64,000 nucleotides of DNA, taken from the NCBI RefSeq assembly GCF_009914755.1, contig NC_060934.1; one strand, given 5' to 3'. Under the pieces are notes generated by a model, which saw nothing but the letters and a program-made list of their open reading frames with translations, searched no databases and was not told where the DNA came from. Made by a program: the position numbers and the translations under genes. The DNA is from the human T2T-CHM13v2.0 reference genome, Homo sapiens. The stretch's first letter is position 1. Every line of letters begins with the position of its first letter. Shown here piece by piece: positions 1 to 11,403 of this stretch.

Positions 1-151
1 ACAGCTGGCTCAGAGGCTCTGAAAGAAGGCCCACAGGGGAACATGATGTCTTGCCTGAGCCAGGTGAGGACTGAGGCCCCCACTGCCAAGCACTGCAGTC
101 TGGGGCTTCCATTTTCACCATAGTTCCTCTAAGCTGCCTGGAGGAAGGGCT

Positions 152-165
152 TGAACTCATGAACT
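152..165 (-). promoter_or_regulatory. DR2 nuclear-receptor element (RARE-like)
   Basis: TGAACT ca TGAACT, i.e. AGTTCA tg AGTTCA on the minus strand. Motif only. Confidence 0.35.
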
Positions 166-3100
166 TCATGACCAATGGACCTGAAGTCTGGAAGCACAGA
201 TGATACCTCATTAACAGGTATCCCAGTGTGATATCAATACATCATCTGTCATGCACTCACCTGTGCTTCCAGATGGGGTGGCCACTGGCACCGAGGGACT
301 CCTTGCACAGTTATGCAGATGGCTGCCAATCTACTTGCTCCCCTTGCCCAGCTCCTGGGCTGACCACCACCGGGGCCCCTGTGCATAGAGCCCATGAGCA
401 GTCCCCATCACCTGTGGGCTTCCCAGTCTGTGCCCAACTTAATGATAGCTGTTAGGGTCCAGTAGAGGATGCAATGTCCCCATCCTAGCAGGGGCTTTAC
501 TGAAGAAACGAGGCCCTGGCACCCAGGCCAGGGCAGGGAGGAGACAGTTGGTAGACACAGCCGGGTCTGCAGGGGCTCGGAGGTCATGGGGCCCAGGTGG
601 GCAGGCAAGGGAGGAGGCAGGCCAGGCTGGAGCCAGTCCTTGAAGGACAAAGAGGATTTAGCTCACTGGAAGGGATGGCATTCCAGAAGGACAGAAGTGT
701 GTGGGCAAAAGTTTGGAATCATTCCCGGGGAAAGGTGTACCCTCTCCCATAAGAAGTTTGGCCTGCCCTGGACCAAAGAGCAGAGTCTTTGCTCTCGATG
801 GCTAGTGGCTGTGGGGTGAAGCAGATGGCCAGGGGGTGTGGGTGACGGGGGAGGCGCACCCTCAGGCCTGAGCCAAGGGAAACCAAGTGGGCCCACACAG
901 GCCAGAGCCTGAGACCTTGGCACCAGCTACTCGGAGATCTTGACTCAAGAGTTAATGATTCATTTGTGGCCAATTTTCTGCTGGCTTTGCCTGGAAATTC
1001 CCAAGCTTGCCCCTTCCCTCACCTTAGGGAGCTCCAAGAATACAGTCTCACTTACACTTGGCTGAGAACGTCTCACCCACTATCCAGGGAATGGTTTTTA
1101 AAATTACAGCAGGTGTGATGTAGGTTAGCCATTAGGAAAAGCTGATCGGGGGCTATAGGCTGGGAGCTGGGGTGGTTTGTTTGAGTGTTTGGAACAAATG
1201 TGAATAGAATTCAGTCTAGTGTAAAGTGTTGTGACAGTTACAAATTGGGAGCTACAGCTTGACCCAGAGTAGGACTTGGTTGGGCTAAAAAAGTAATGGC
1301 ATAGGCAAAGGCCCTGGGGCATGAACATCCAGGGAACGCTGAGTGATTGTGGTGTGGCTGGAGTGTAGAGGGTGTGAGAGACTTCTAGAAGTGTGGACAC
1401 AACTCCCAAGTGAAGGACTCTCAGGACTTGAAGATTTGGCAGTGGGACGTGCTGGCAGTGGGGAGTCAGGGCTGGTACCTGAGTAGGGGACAGGTGTGTT
1501 TGATTTGGGTTGTAGGGTCGCTTGCCCATCCCTGTCTTGATTCTGCTGGTCAGCAGACCTTCCTTGACAGCCTGCTCTGTGCCAGGTCGGACCCACGCTC
1601 TGCACGGGTCCTGCACCTGTGTGGAGGCTGAACTAAAGGGAGGGGGTTACATGTAGCAATTCAGGTGGGAGCATGGGTGTGTGCAGGAGCAGGGGAATGG
1701 CTGATGACTTCAGACCCACTCGGCTCCATCACCGAAAGTCCTTGGGTGAGCGTAGCAGAGGTGTTGGGGTAGGCTTCAGGAACCCCATGTTCCTGGCAGG
1801 CTCTGTGGACACGCCGCCTGGAAACCACTTCTGCCCTGTAATATCAGCATGGCTGAAGGGGCCTGGAATGTGTATCTGTCCTTGTACAGAGGAGGGGAGC
1901 AGACGAGGCCCAGAGAGGGGAAGGTTGATGGCAGAGCCCAGGCAGAACTCAGGGCCCAGTCTCCCAATCCTGGCTGATTGCACATATATCCCACCACCCA
2001 CCCGTTCCTGCAGATCTAAGGACATTTCCCCGAAACCAGGCAAAATAGAGCAGCCTGATTGTCCATGTCAAAATGTCTGGGCATTTGGGGAGGGAGGGTT
2101 CCTTTATATCTTTCACAACTTAGCAAATTTAATTTCTTCTGATTATTTCTTGACGGTCCCAGGCGTTGGTGGTAAACAACCACACTCCCCAGAATGTTTC
2201 CCTGTGACAGCAGCTTTCTCTGGCGAGGGTGCTATCAACACTTGGCAGGGCCTCCTCCTGGCTCCTGGCTCCCAGCTCCTGAGATCGTGAGCTCCTGAGC
2301 TCCTGGGCTCTTGAGCAAGGCAGCAAGTGAGGGCTTCTCAACAGCTTTCAGCATGCAGAGCTTGCCCTGTGTACCAGGGCAAGGACAGGCCTAGCCTCTT
2401 TGTTCCCCGCAGCAGCCTGGCCTGCCTTCGGAGCCTCAGGTGGCCTCTGGTTGTGGATGGTCCCCATGCAGCGAGGCTGGGTGGTATCAGATGTCTGCTG
2501 GCTCCCACAGCTCTGGTGCCGAGGTCCTTGGCATGGCTCAGTGGCAGGAGGGAGCCTGTCTTCTGAGCAGCTCTGCCAGGACTGTCTGTGGCCGAGAGAC
2601 CGGCAGCATCCTGGGCCTGCAGCCTCCATGGTCTGCGTCATACTGGCTTAGGTGTCCTGAGTCAGAGCCAGGAAATGGATCTGCCATGCGGGGGTGGAGG
2701 TGCTGCTGCCCGGGCAGCTAGGGTGAACCCCAACCTCCTGCCCGTCCACACCTGGAGGGTCCTGGCCTTGTGCTTCCTTCCCCTGGCCTGGCCTGAATGT
2801 GACTGGTGCCTGGAGGAGAGGCTGAAGTTCCAGCCTGCTCCACACTCCACTTTATGTGCCCAGGCCCCCACCCCACAGGCTGTTGTTGGCAGGGTGGGTG
2901 CTGAGACACAGGCACCACGCTATGCTGTGCTTTTGCCTGAGTTATTCTATTCCCTTTTTCTAGAATGCCCTTTCCAACTCGTTGTCTGTGTGATTTTCTG
3001 CTCCCCCTCCAAGAATTTACACAAGAATGACTTTTTTGGTGAAGGCTTCCCTGGCACCCCTACTCTGGCCAAGGCTGCCCCCCTTTCCTCTGAGCCCCCT

Positions 3101-3759
3101 CTCCATTGATGGCTCCTATCACAGTGTAGTATATTCACGTTTGGAGCCCGTTCACCTGTGTAGGTGCCTTGAGGCTTTTTTCTTTGTGGGTCCTACAGGC
3201 CTGATGTGTAGTATCAGCTCAATAAAAGCAGGCTGGATTTAATTAAGGGGGTTCCTGAAGGCGGTGCTGGAGTCTCCCTTTGTTAATGGTGTGGTGAAGA
3301 GGAGGCGGGAGTTTGCAAATGGAGAGAGGCTGACTTGCCTGCCGGACTCCTACCCCCGATCCCCTCTGAGGGCAGTGCTGCCCCTCTGACTGCTGGGGAC
3401 TGGGGTGGCCCCCTCCATTTCTATCCAGCGGCAGACTTCCCTGCCCGGCAGGAGCTGGCTCCCCAGGTTGCCGGAGTGATCACTCTCCAGAAAACACCCC
3501 AGTGGAAACTGCATGAATGATTGATAAGAGCTGAGAGCTGTTTAATTTTTTCCCCCTGTTTAATGGCTATCAATAATTTAATACGCTCTCTGTATGTTTT
3601 TAAGAAATAGCACCCATTTCGCCGTCTCCGGTTTAGCGGGCTAAATGATTTAAGTGTTGGAAATGTGCTCTGAGGATGGAGGTTGAGTGAGTCGGAGAAA
3701 TCTGGAGGCTGGGAGTGGGGGAAGGCGGGTTCAGAGCCAGCCACAGCATCTTGGCCTGG

Positions 3760-3802
3760 GTGTGTATGTGTGTGTGTGTCTGTGTGTGTGTGTGTGCGTG
3801 TG

Positions 3803-3844
<42 letters not shown>
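3760..3844. repeat. (TG)n microsatellite, interrupted
   Basis: About 85 bp of TG with a few TA/TC/CG interruptions. Confidence 0.97.
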
Positions 3845-3846
<2 letters not shown>

Positions 3847-4218
3847 GGTGGGAGGGAGAAGGGAGGGAGGGAAGGGGCGGGTAAAAGCCAGCTCCTCTCT
3901 GCTAAGAGCAAGATAATTGCTTTTCCGGGGCCTCACTGAGCAGCAGCTGAACAGCTGTCAGCACCCCCCTCCACAAATGCTAAGCTTTTTTTCTGGATGG
4001 CTCTGGGGGGCCCAGGGGGGCTAGGAAGGAGCTGCCACCAGTATCACCACGGGCTGAGAATCTCCCCTCCCCCTGACATCTTTGCCCCCTCTTAAAGCTT
4101 CTAAATCACTTTTATTTTAACGACGCAGTAAGGCTGCTGCCCGGGTGGTGTCTTCCAGGTGGGGTGTGGGTGGTGGAGTGGAGTGAGGGACTCAGAGGGA
4201 CCTGGAGGGTCATCTGCC

Positions 4219-4395
4219 AGTGCTCCCCCAAACTTTCCAGATGCAGAGCATCACCTGGGAGGACTTGCTAAAAATTTAAATTTCTGGGCTGTGTTCCAGA
4301 CCCATAGACTTCCACTCCCAGGGGAAAGGCCTGGGAAGTTGTGGGTTTAACAATCAGCCCAGGTGATTCTTAGCAGAGGAGTTTGGGAACTATAG
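4219..4395. mobile_element. MER5-family hAT-Charlie MITE
   Basis: cagtgctcccccaaact...catcacctggga...aggtgattctt...agtttgggaactatag; degenerate terminal inverted repeats. Confidence 0.7.
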
Positions 4396-4439
4396 AGTCC
4401 AGCTCTGTTCTGGTGCTTACAGCACCCACAGCACCACGT

Positions 4440-4640
4440 GGCAGCTCCCTTCTGCTTGCATGCCTCTGGGAATGAGGTACTCACCACCTCCCAAGGTAGC
4501 AGACCCACTTGTGGAAGGCATACTCTAGTCTAGAGTTGCTTCTGATGTTAGGCTGTGACCTACCCAGCTGCCCTTGTGGGCTTGGAGTTCTCTCTGCTAC
4601 AGGACAGACCGTGTTTCCTGGGATCTGATGTCTTTCCCTC
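4440..4640 (-). mobile_element. L3/CR1 LINE fragment
   Basis: ctgcttgcatgcctct...ctcaccacctcccaaggtagc resembles antisense L3 3' end. Confidence 0.55.
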
Positions 4641-5974
4641 TCCCAGCCTTGCCACTTTTTGGCTTGTTTGGGCCTCTCTGCTGGGTAAGGAGCTTCCTCT
4701 CTTAGCAAAGGGTCCTGGAGGTAGAAGGCAGGAAGGTGACAGGTGCTGTGGCCTGTCTGTAGTGTGTGAGGTGGCTGCATCATCCTATTGCTGGTAAGCA
4801 TCATCGCTGGTACAGTGGAGACCCTGAGGAAGGCAGAAAGATGGTGGGCCTCAGCACTGCCTTGGCCTGTCAGGGATTCCATTCCTCCCACGAGAGAGAA
4901 AACTGGCTCATCAGAGATCGTTGTGTCAGCCATAGCTCTTAGATGACACTGGGGGGAACTGAGGGCTGAGGGGTTTCCCCAGAGACCACATATCTATTTA
5001 GGACAGAGCTGGAGCTGCAAATGTGGGGGCGAGAGGCCCTTAGAGGGGTGGCCAGGCCAAGGCCCTGGCTTTAGGGATCAGCTGAGGCCCCAGCCAGTCA
5101 CTCACCTGAGGTTGGATGGGGGAGGGCTTCCGCCTTCTCAGTCACTCAGGGCTGATGGACAATTCATGGAGTCAATACATGGAAGGATTTTGGTGGAGCC
5201 GATGCCCACTCTGTCTGGCATTACAACTCTTCCTTCTGTCTGCCTAGCAGTTTCCATTGTTTTGCCAGAGGGTGTAGCATTATACTACGGCCATGGGTCT
5301 TGCAATTTTGTTTTAATAGATAATTAAGAGGGAAGGAGTGGTGCACATTTACTGGGCATCATGGCTTACTGTGAAATGGGGAGTATAATCCCCCCGTAAG
5401 CCCTGCACTCTGTAGCCCCTTACTGCACCCCCGGATTCAGCCCCACCCTCCATCTCTGTGGGAGAAGCCTGGGTCCCCAGGAGAGAATTGCCCTGTTGGG
5501 TGCTGGCAGCTGACCTATCTTGAGATCCCAGTTCCCCATCCTACCCTGAAGCCTGCTCTGGCCATCACAGTATGGCTGGGGGTGTCTCGACCCTGGGGGA
5601 AGAGGAGTAGGGGTGTCACCCAACCCTGATAGAGCTTCTGCTTGGAGAACTCCGAGAGCTGCAGAGGCAGAAGAGAGACTTACACACTCTGGGGAAGACC
5701 CAGCCCCAGAGAGAGAACTGTGTGAATATGGACACCCAGGCAAGGCCTGGGGAGGTCAGGGAGGGCCTCCAGGAGAAGGTGCCACCTGACTGCAGGCTTG
5801 AGCATGGTAGGAAGGGGAAGGGCATCCTGCGGTGGAGGTGTGATGCAGCCTGTGGGGGTGCACAGAAGAGTGAGGTAGAGCCTGCAGGGCTGGGGATGGG
5901 CTACAGAGGCCGGCTGGCCAGGGCGGGGCTGACCTGATTCAGTTGGGTGGAAAGCCACGGAAAGATTTGTCTTT

Positions 5975-7045
5975 AGTTCCATTGAAGTGTTACACCCATG
6001 CAGAAAAGTGTGTATCTCCTACATTTGTAGCTTGACAAATTATCCTGAAGGGCACATGCTTCTGTAGCTGCCAGGCAGATCAAGAAACAGAACCTTGCAG
6101 ACCCACTAGAGCCCCCTGTGCCCTCTACTCACTGCCCCCTCAAGGATACCGACTGTCCTGACTTCCAGCCTGCTGTGAGTTATCTCCTGCTGCCCAGCAA
6201 ACCACCTGAAAACTTGGTGGCTTAAAGCAGCCACCATTTATGAAACCTCACAATTCTGTGGTTTGGCTGGACTTCTCCTCCTGATTCGCTTGGGCTCATG
6301 TGACTCCAGTCACGTTTGAGTGTCTGCTGGACTGGAAGGTCCAGATGGCCTCAGTCACACGGGCAGTGGGTGCTGGCTGTTGCCAGGGGAGTTCCCCACC
6401 CTCCACTAAGACAGACACCTCCCTCCATGGCCTGCAGCCTCACAAGAGAGGCAAGGCCAGAAATGGCAGGACCTCTTGAGGAGGCCTAGTCTCTATAACT
6501 CACAAAATGTCACTCACACCGAATCCTATTGATCTAAACAACTCTCAAGGCCAGCTCTCAGCAGGTGGAGAACAGACTCCGCCTCTTGATAGGAGGAACT
6601 CCAGAGGACCCCTGCCGTATTTCATCTATTACAGGTGTAGAGTCTTTTTGCCCTTCTTGACCTTTATATAAATGGATCTCATAAGTGTATTCTCTGTCGT
6701 GCCTGGCTTTTTGAGTCAACATTGTGTTTGCAAGATTTACCCGTAGTGTTGTTGGATGAAGTTGCAGATCACTCATTCCCAAGCCTGTGCAGCAGTTTGT
6801 TGTGTGGAAACACCAGTTGACCCATTCTATGGTTGGTGGCCATCTGGGAAGTTTTCATTTTCTGGCTGTTACGAATTGCCTTGCTACGAGCATTCTAACA
6901 CATGTCTTCTGGTGAACATATGCACATTTTTCTGTGGACATGGAGTTCCTGGGTCATGGGAGAGGTCACAGGGTAAGAGACCCTTCCAAACTATTCTTCC
7001 AAGTGGTGGGTCTAGTGTCTAGTGTGTGCCCCACCAGCAGAAGGG
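5975..7045 (-). mobile_element. Old L1M 3'-end fragment, interrupted by an MLT1 LTR
   Basis: cagatcaagaaacagaac...tcctgacttc (to about 6170), resuming after 6632 with tttatataaatgga...tcaacattgtgtttgcaagatt...acatgtcttctggtgaacatatg. Confidence 0.8.
6171..6632 (-). mobile_element. MLT1 (ERVL-MaLR) solo LTR
   Basis: TG...CA ends; agttatct..tgctgc..gcaaaccacc..aaaacttggtggcttaaa; ggtccagatggcctca; tcctattg..caaggccagc. Confidence 0.8.
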
Positions 7046-8217
7046 GGACTTTACAAAGACCCAGCTGAAGATGGGCTGGAGGTGCATCTTGTGGACACTG
7101 GAAGGGGCTTCCTGTGATGTCCCCTCTGCCCGCCCTGAGCCTCAGGCCCCCAGGTCAGGGGAAGTAGAGCCATGAGGCTGATCCCTCTTTTCTGAGCATG
7201 AGCTTTCCTGCTACACTTTTTCCACCCCAGAGGCCTCCTATTGCCTTCTCCTTTTCCCAGCAGCTGCCTTTCATGGTTGACCTGACCCTCAACAGTCAGG
7301 GAGGCCAGGGGTCTGCAGATGCAGGAACTGGGGGGAGACAGCCACACAGCCTCCATCCCTGAGGAGATTTGGACTTCACTCCAGCCTTGCCTTTCACCAT
7401 GGGAGGAACCCTTTCCCTCTCAGGGCCTCAGTTTCCTCATTTGTAAAATGACAAGGAAAAGTATCAACCTCACCAAGTCCCTTTCTTCTCATCAATCTGA
7501 CCCCATATTCTAGAATCGAATAGAGGAAGGGATGGGGGGAGGCCTCCTGACTTCAGTCAGCCCATGTTTTTCTGTTTGTTCACTGCACACTTTCACGGCA
7601 CCATTCATCCATCAAGGAATCTCTGTGGTCCTTGTTAACCAGTTCAGAGGACAGAGAGAAACTAGACTTCACTCCCAATGTCCAGGAGCTGGGCCTGGAG
7701 CGGGAGAGTGTCCTGTGGGAAGCGGGAGGAGGCAAGGTTGGCCAGGCGCACAGCCCACTGGAGATGAACAAGCAAGGAGGGGCTGGTGAGAGAGGGCTCC
7801 ACGGAAGCACTTGAGCAGAGTCTCAAAGGCCAGGGGCCCTTGAAAGACAGAGAAGTGGGGAGAAGAGCTCTGAGCGGGGCACCCAGCGTGTGCCAAGGCC
7901 GGAGCCAGGGGCTCTGGGAGGCCGGGCTGACTGGAGCCTAGTGGTGGGCAGGCAGGTTTGGCTGCTGCTGTGGTCTGGCTTTCAGGGCTGCGGGGCTGCT
8001 CGGCCGGTGCTGGGGCTTCGAATGTGACGTTCAGGAGCTGCGACCTTTATTTGGCAGTGGCAGGACGGTATCCAGTGTCTCGAGTAGCTCCACGTTGGTG
8101 GGCCAGTTCCATCTTCCAGGAGATGGCAGCCAGGACCTAGAGGTCCATGACGTGGGTGAGGGGCTGCCCGCAGGGTCAGAGCTTGGAGCTCACTGCCCCC
8201 TTTCTTGTCTCCCATAG

Positions 8218-8327
8218 GACTCACGGCAGCTGTGTTCTGATTTCGTACTACTGCTGGGGCTGCCACCTCCTCCTCCAGACGCTCTCAGCAGACTTGAGTC
8301 CTGGTCCTTCTGCAGAGGCCTGAGCAG
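8218..8327 (+). other. ZMIZ1: 5'UTR exon (likely exon 2), 110 nt
   Basis: Acceptor ccccctttcttgtctcccatag|GAC with branch-like gctcac about 25 nt upstream; consensus donor CAG|gtaagt; no ATG in the exon. Confidence 0.88.
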
Positions 8328-8659
8328 GTAAGTGGGATGGGCTGGCCCTCTGGTGCTGTGCACCTGCTGACGTGGGGCAGACAGGGAGTGCGGGCTGCCC
8401 AGAGTGCATGGTGCTGTTTCAGGGGCCCAGAGGGCTGGGGAGGGGAAGGGGCTTCTTTCTCAGTCTTTATTTGTTCCTTGGCCTTTTCCTCTCAAAGAAA
8501 GCCACACAGTGGAGGGTGGTGAATGTCCTGACTTGGGACCTGGACATGGGATTTTATTCTGCTGCCAACTCCCAGTATCGCCTTGGGTAGCCCTTTCCTT
8601 CTAGAGGGCCTCAGCTTTCTACTCTAGTCCATGGAAATAACAGTAATGATATCCTCTAA

Positions 8660-8870
8660 CCCGACAAGCACTTAACTGTATTCTGGGTACTGTGCAAAGT
8701 ACTATAGAGTTATTACTTCTTTCAGCATCACAGCAGCCTTATGAGAGCATTGCTGTAATCACCAGCATTGTACATGTGAGAAAACTGAACGTCACTCACT
8801 CAGGAAGTAACTTGCCCCAGGCGGCACACCTGGCTGAGCCTAGGGTTCAAGTCCAGGTCTGTGTGGCTCC
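8660..8870 (-). mobile_element. MIR SINE
   Basis: gagaaaactga...aagtaacttgccccagg...gggttcaagtccaggtctg. Confidence 0.7.
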
Positions 8871-9419
8871 AGTGCGCCAGCCACTGCCCGCTGGCCTACT
8901 CTGCCTCTGGCCTTGCTCCTAGCTTCTTTTTGGGGGTGGGGATCAGGGCAATTATGGGTGTCTTCAGAAGTGCCAGATCCTGTCCCAACTTAAGAAAAAG
9001 GGAGAGGGGCTTTTACCAGGTGACAGGCTCCTGGTGGGTCTGGGGTCATGACCCATTTGTGATGTGATGTGGCAGGGACCAGGCCTGGCCTCTGGGTGCC
9101 TCTGAGGTGGCAGCCAGGGCCCCCTCTAGAGGAGGGGTGTGTAGGCTGGATAAGGCTTTCTTTCCCTCCGCCCCTCAAGTTCGTTTTCCTAAGCTTGTAT
9201 TAAACACTTACTGTGTGCCAACTCCTGGATTAGGTACCAACTGCGGTGCAAGGGAAAGGGGCCTGTCCCACTCTCTGCTCCGTGGAGAAACAGAAAGATC
9301 CCAGTGATGTGGCAAGCCCCATAACAGTGGCGTGGAGAGGGTTCAGAGGCTGGGGGGAGAATTCTGGGGAGGTGACCACAAGTGAGTTACAGTGTGGGGA
9401 GACAGAAGCATAGATGGAG

Positions 9420-9700
9420 CAGAACCTGGCAGGATGTGCATGCACACACAGACATGAGTGGTGGTGAGTGCATAGATAATACAGATGTGCAAATGTGCGC
9501 TTCCTCACAAACGTGTACACAGACGTCGCTTCTGCATGCCACATGAATGCACACAGATAACACTTGCGTGCACTTGCATGCTCACATACACATGCACAAA
9601 CTCGTGTTGGAACTACACACATACACGGGCACAAACTCTCACAAGCACACAGCATTCTGACACACGGGGCTGCATATCCATGCACACACAACGCAGGGTG
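9420..9700. repeat. Degenerate (CA)n-like purine/pyrimidine-alternating tract
   Basis: Repeated cacaca/tgcatg/catacac units. Confidence 0.75.
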
Positions 9701-11250
9701 CATTCCAACAAGAAGAGGCAGTTCAGAGGTCGATGGCTCTGCATCGGCAAAAGCTTCCAGCAGCTCCTGGGAGGCTCTGGACAGCCTGGGCCGAGGCTGA
9801 GCTGGAGCTCTGTTTGTGTGTATGTTGGGGAGGGTGTTGGGGCTTGAGGGCCAGCCATGTGACTGACCATGGACAAGCCCTTGCCCGCTCTAGGACTCAT
9901 TCCCCATCTGGAAACAGGAATCGTCCCTGTCCGCCTCCTATACGGTGGCCGCAAGGATGAGAGGCTGCTGTGTAGATTGCCGAGAGCAATTTTGGGCACT
10001 CTGCAGGGCTTCAACAAATTGAAGCTAGTAGTCTCATGAGAATAAAACAGGTTACAGGTAAAGTGGGGATGTGGGGGCTGTTCCTCTCCAGGCTTCTCAT
10101 CCCCTGGGGCCTGGGTACTCTCTGAATCATGGGCATGACAGTCCACCCTGCCTGCCTCCACCAAGGTGGTGGGGTCTGTGTCATCCCTGCTCCCGCTCTC
10201 CCACCTGCACTTCCCTGTTGACTCGTGAGGAGTTGGGGGCCTGCAGTGCCCAGCTTTGGTACAACAACCACATTTGACTCCCTGCCAGGAGACTGGCACA
10301 TTGCCTCCATGAGTGCTCTAAATCCCCTTGAGAAGCCTGAGAAGGCCTTACCAAGCAATTTCCAGATGAGGAAACTGAGGCACAATAAATGCAGGTGAGG
10401 TTCTCAGGGACACCTGCTCATAAGTGTTGGAGCTGGGCTTCGGATCCACGTCATCAGATGTGAACATTTATGCTCTTTTCTCCCATGATCTCCTCTCAGG
10501 GATAGGTCATTTATTACCCACTTTGCAGATAAGGAAACTGAGGCTCAGAGAGGGCAGGCCACTCAGCCAGGAAGTAGCACAGCCAGAATTGGGTGCTTAT
10601 TAACCACACTGCACCCACCTCAATTCAACACTTCCTTTTCCTTTCCCTCCCTCCTTCCCAGAGAGCCCCTCCAGGTTAGAGGGGGTTCCCGAGGAGGCTT
10701 CTGGGATTATCTGGGCTTTAGTTCTGACCTAGTATTCCCAGGCATACCTGCCATTTTCTTGCAAATAGAAAGATAGGCTATTCTCTGGGGTCTGCTTTCT
10801 AGCATGACCTAGTAACTTCCTCTCCACAACTCCTTTGTAAAGTATCCTTAGGATTGTCCTTTGGAAACTTGGCCAGCAGAAAGCTCTGGGGTACCCAAGA
10901 GGCTTGGAGGAGTCCTAGGCCTTTGGAGAGGTAGCCACTGCTTGCATATCCACTGGGAGGCTCTGTGACCTGCTAAAGGATCAGGGTGTGGGACCACAGC
11001 ACAGGGAGCCAAGGTTCTGCTTGGCATGGGTGGTAGGTACCACTATGGAAGGAAATTGGGAAGGATCCCCGGGAGGTGATATTTACGCTGGGCCTTGGAA
11101 AGAGGAGAAATTTGCTAGGTTGATGTCAAAGGCCAAGGAAGACCCAGCAGAAGGCTCAGCTCCACCAAAGTCCCAGAAAAGTGAGAGTTTATTCATGGCC
11201 CTTCGCACCTGCATCTGTACCCAACAATACCCATCAGAGTCTCCTAGAAT

Positions 11251-11403
11251 TAGGGCCAGCTAAATAATTTAGCTGTGGTCCAATGCTAAATGAAAATGCA
11301 GAGCCCTTTGTTCATGAATTACAAAGGATTTCAAGATGATGACAGCAGAGTAGGGTCCTTCTAAGCTTGTGGCCCTGTGTGACGGCCAGTGAAGCCAACC
11401 CTG
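11251..11403 (-). mobile_element. MER45A (hAT-Tip100) MITE
   Basis: aatgaaaatgcagagccctttgttca...atttcaagatgatgacagcagag...tgaagccaaccctg follows the recalled antisense MER45A consensus. Confidence 0.75.

Noticed and set aside
3421-3939. HT- and CV-repeat ORFs
   Set aside because: Translations of the (TG)n microsatellite.
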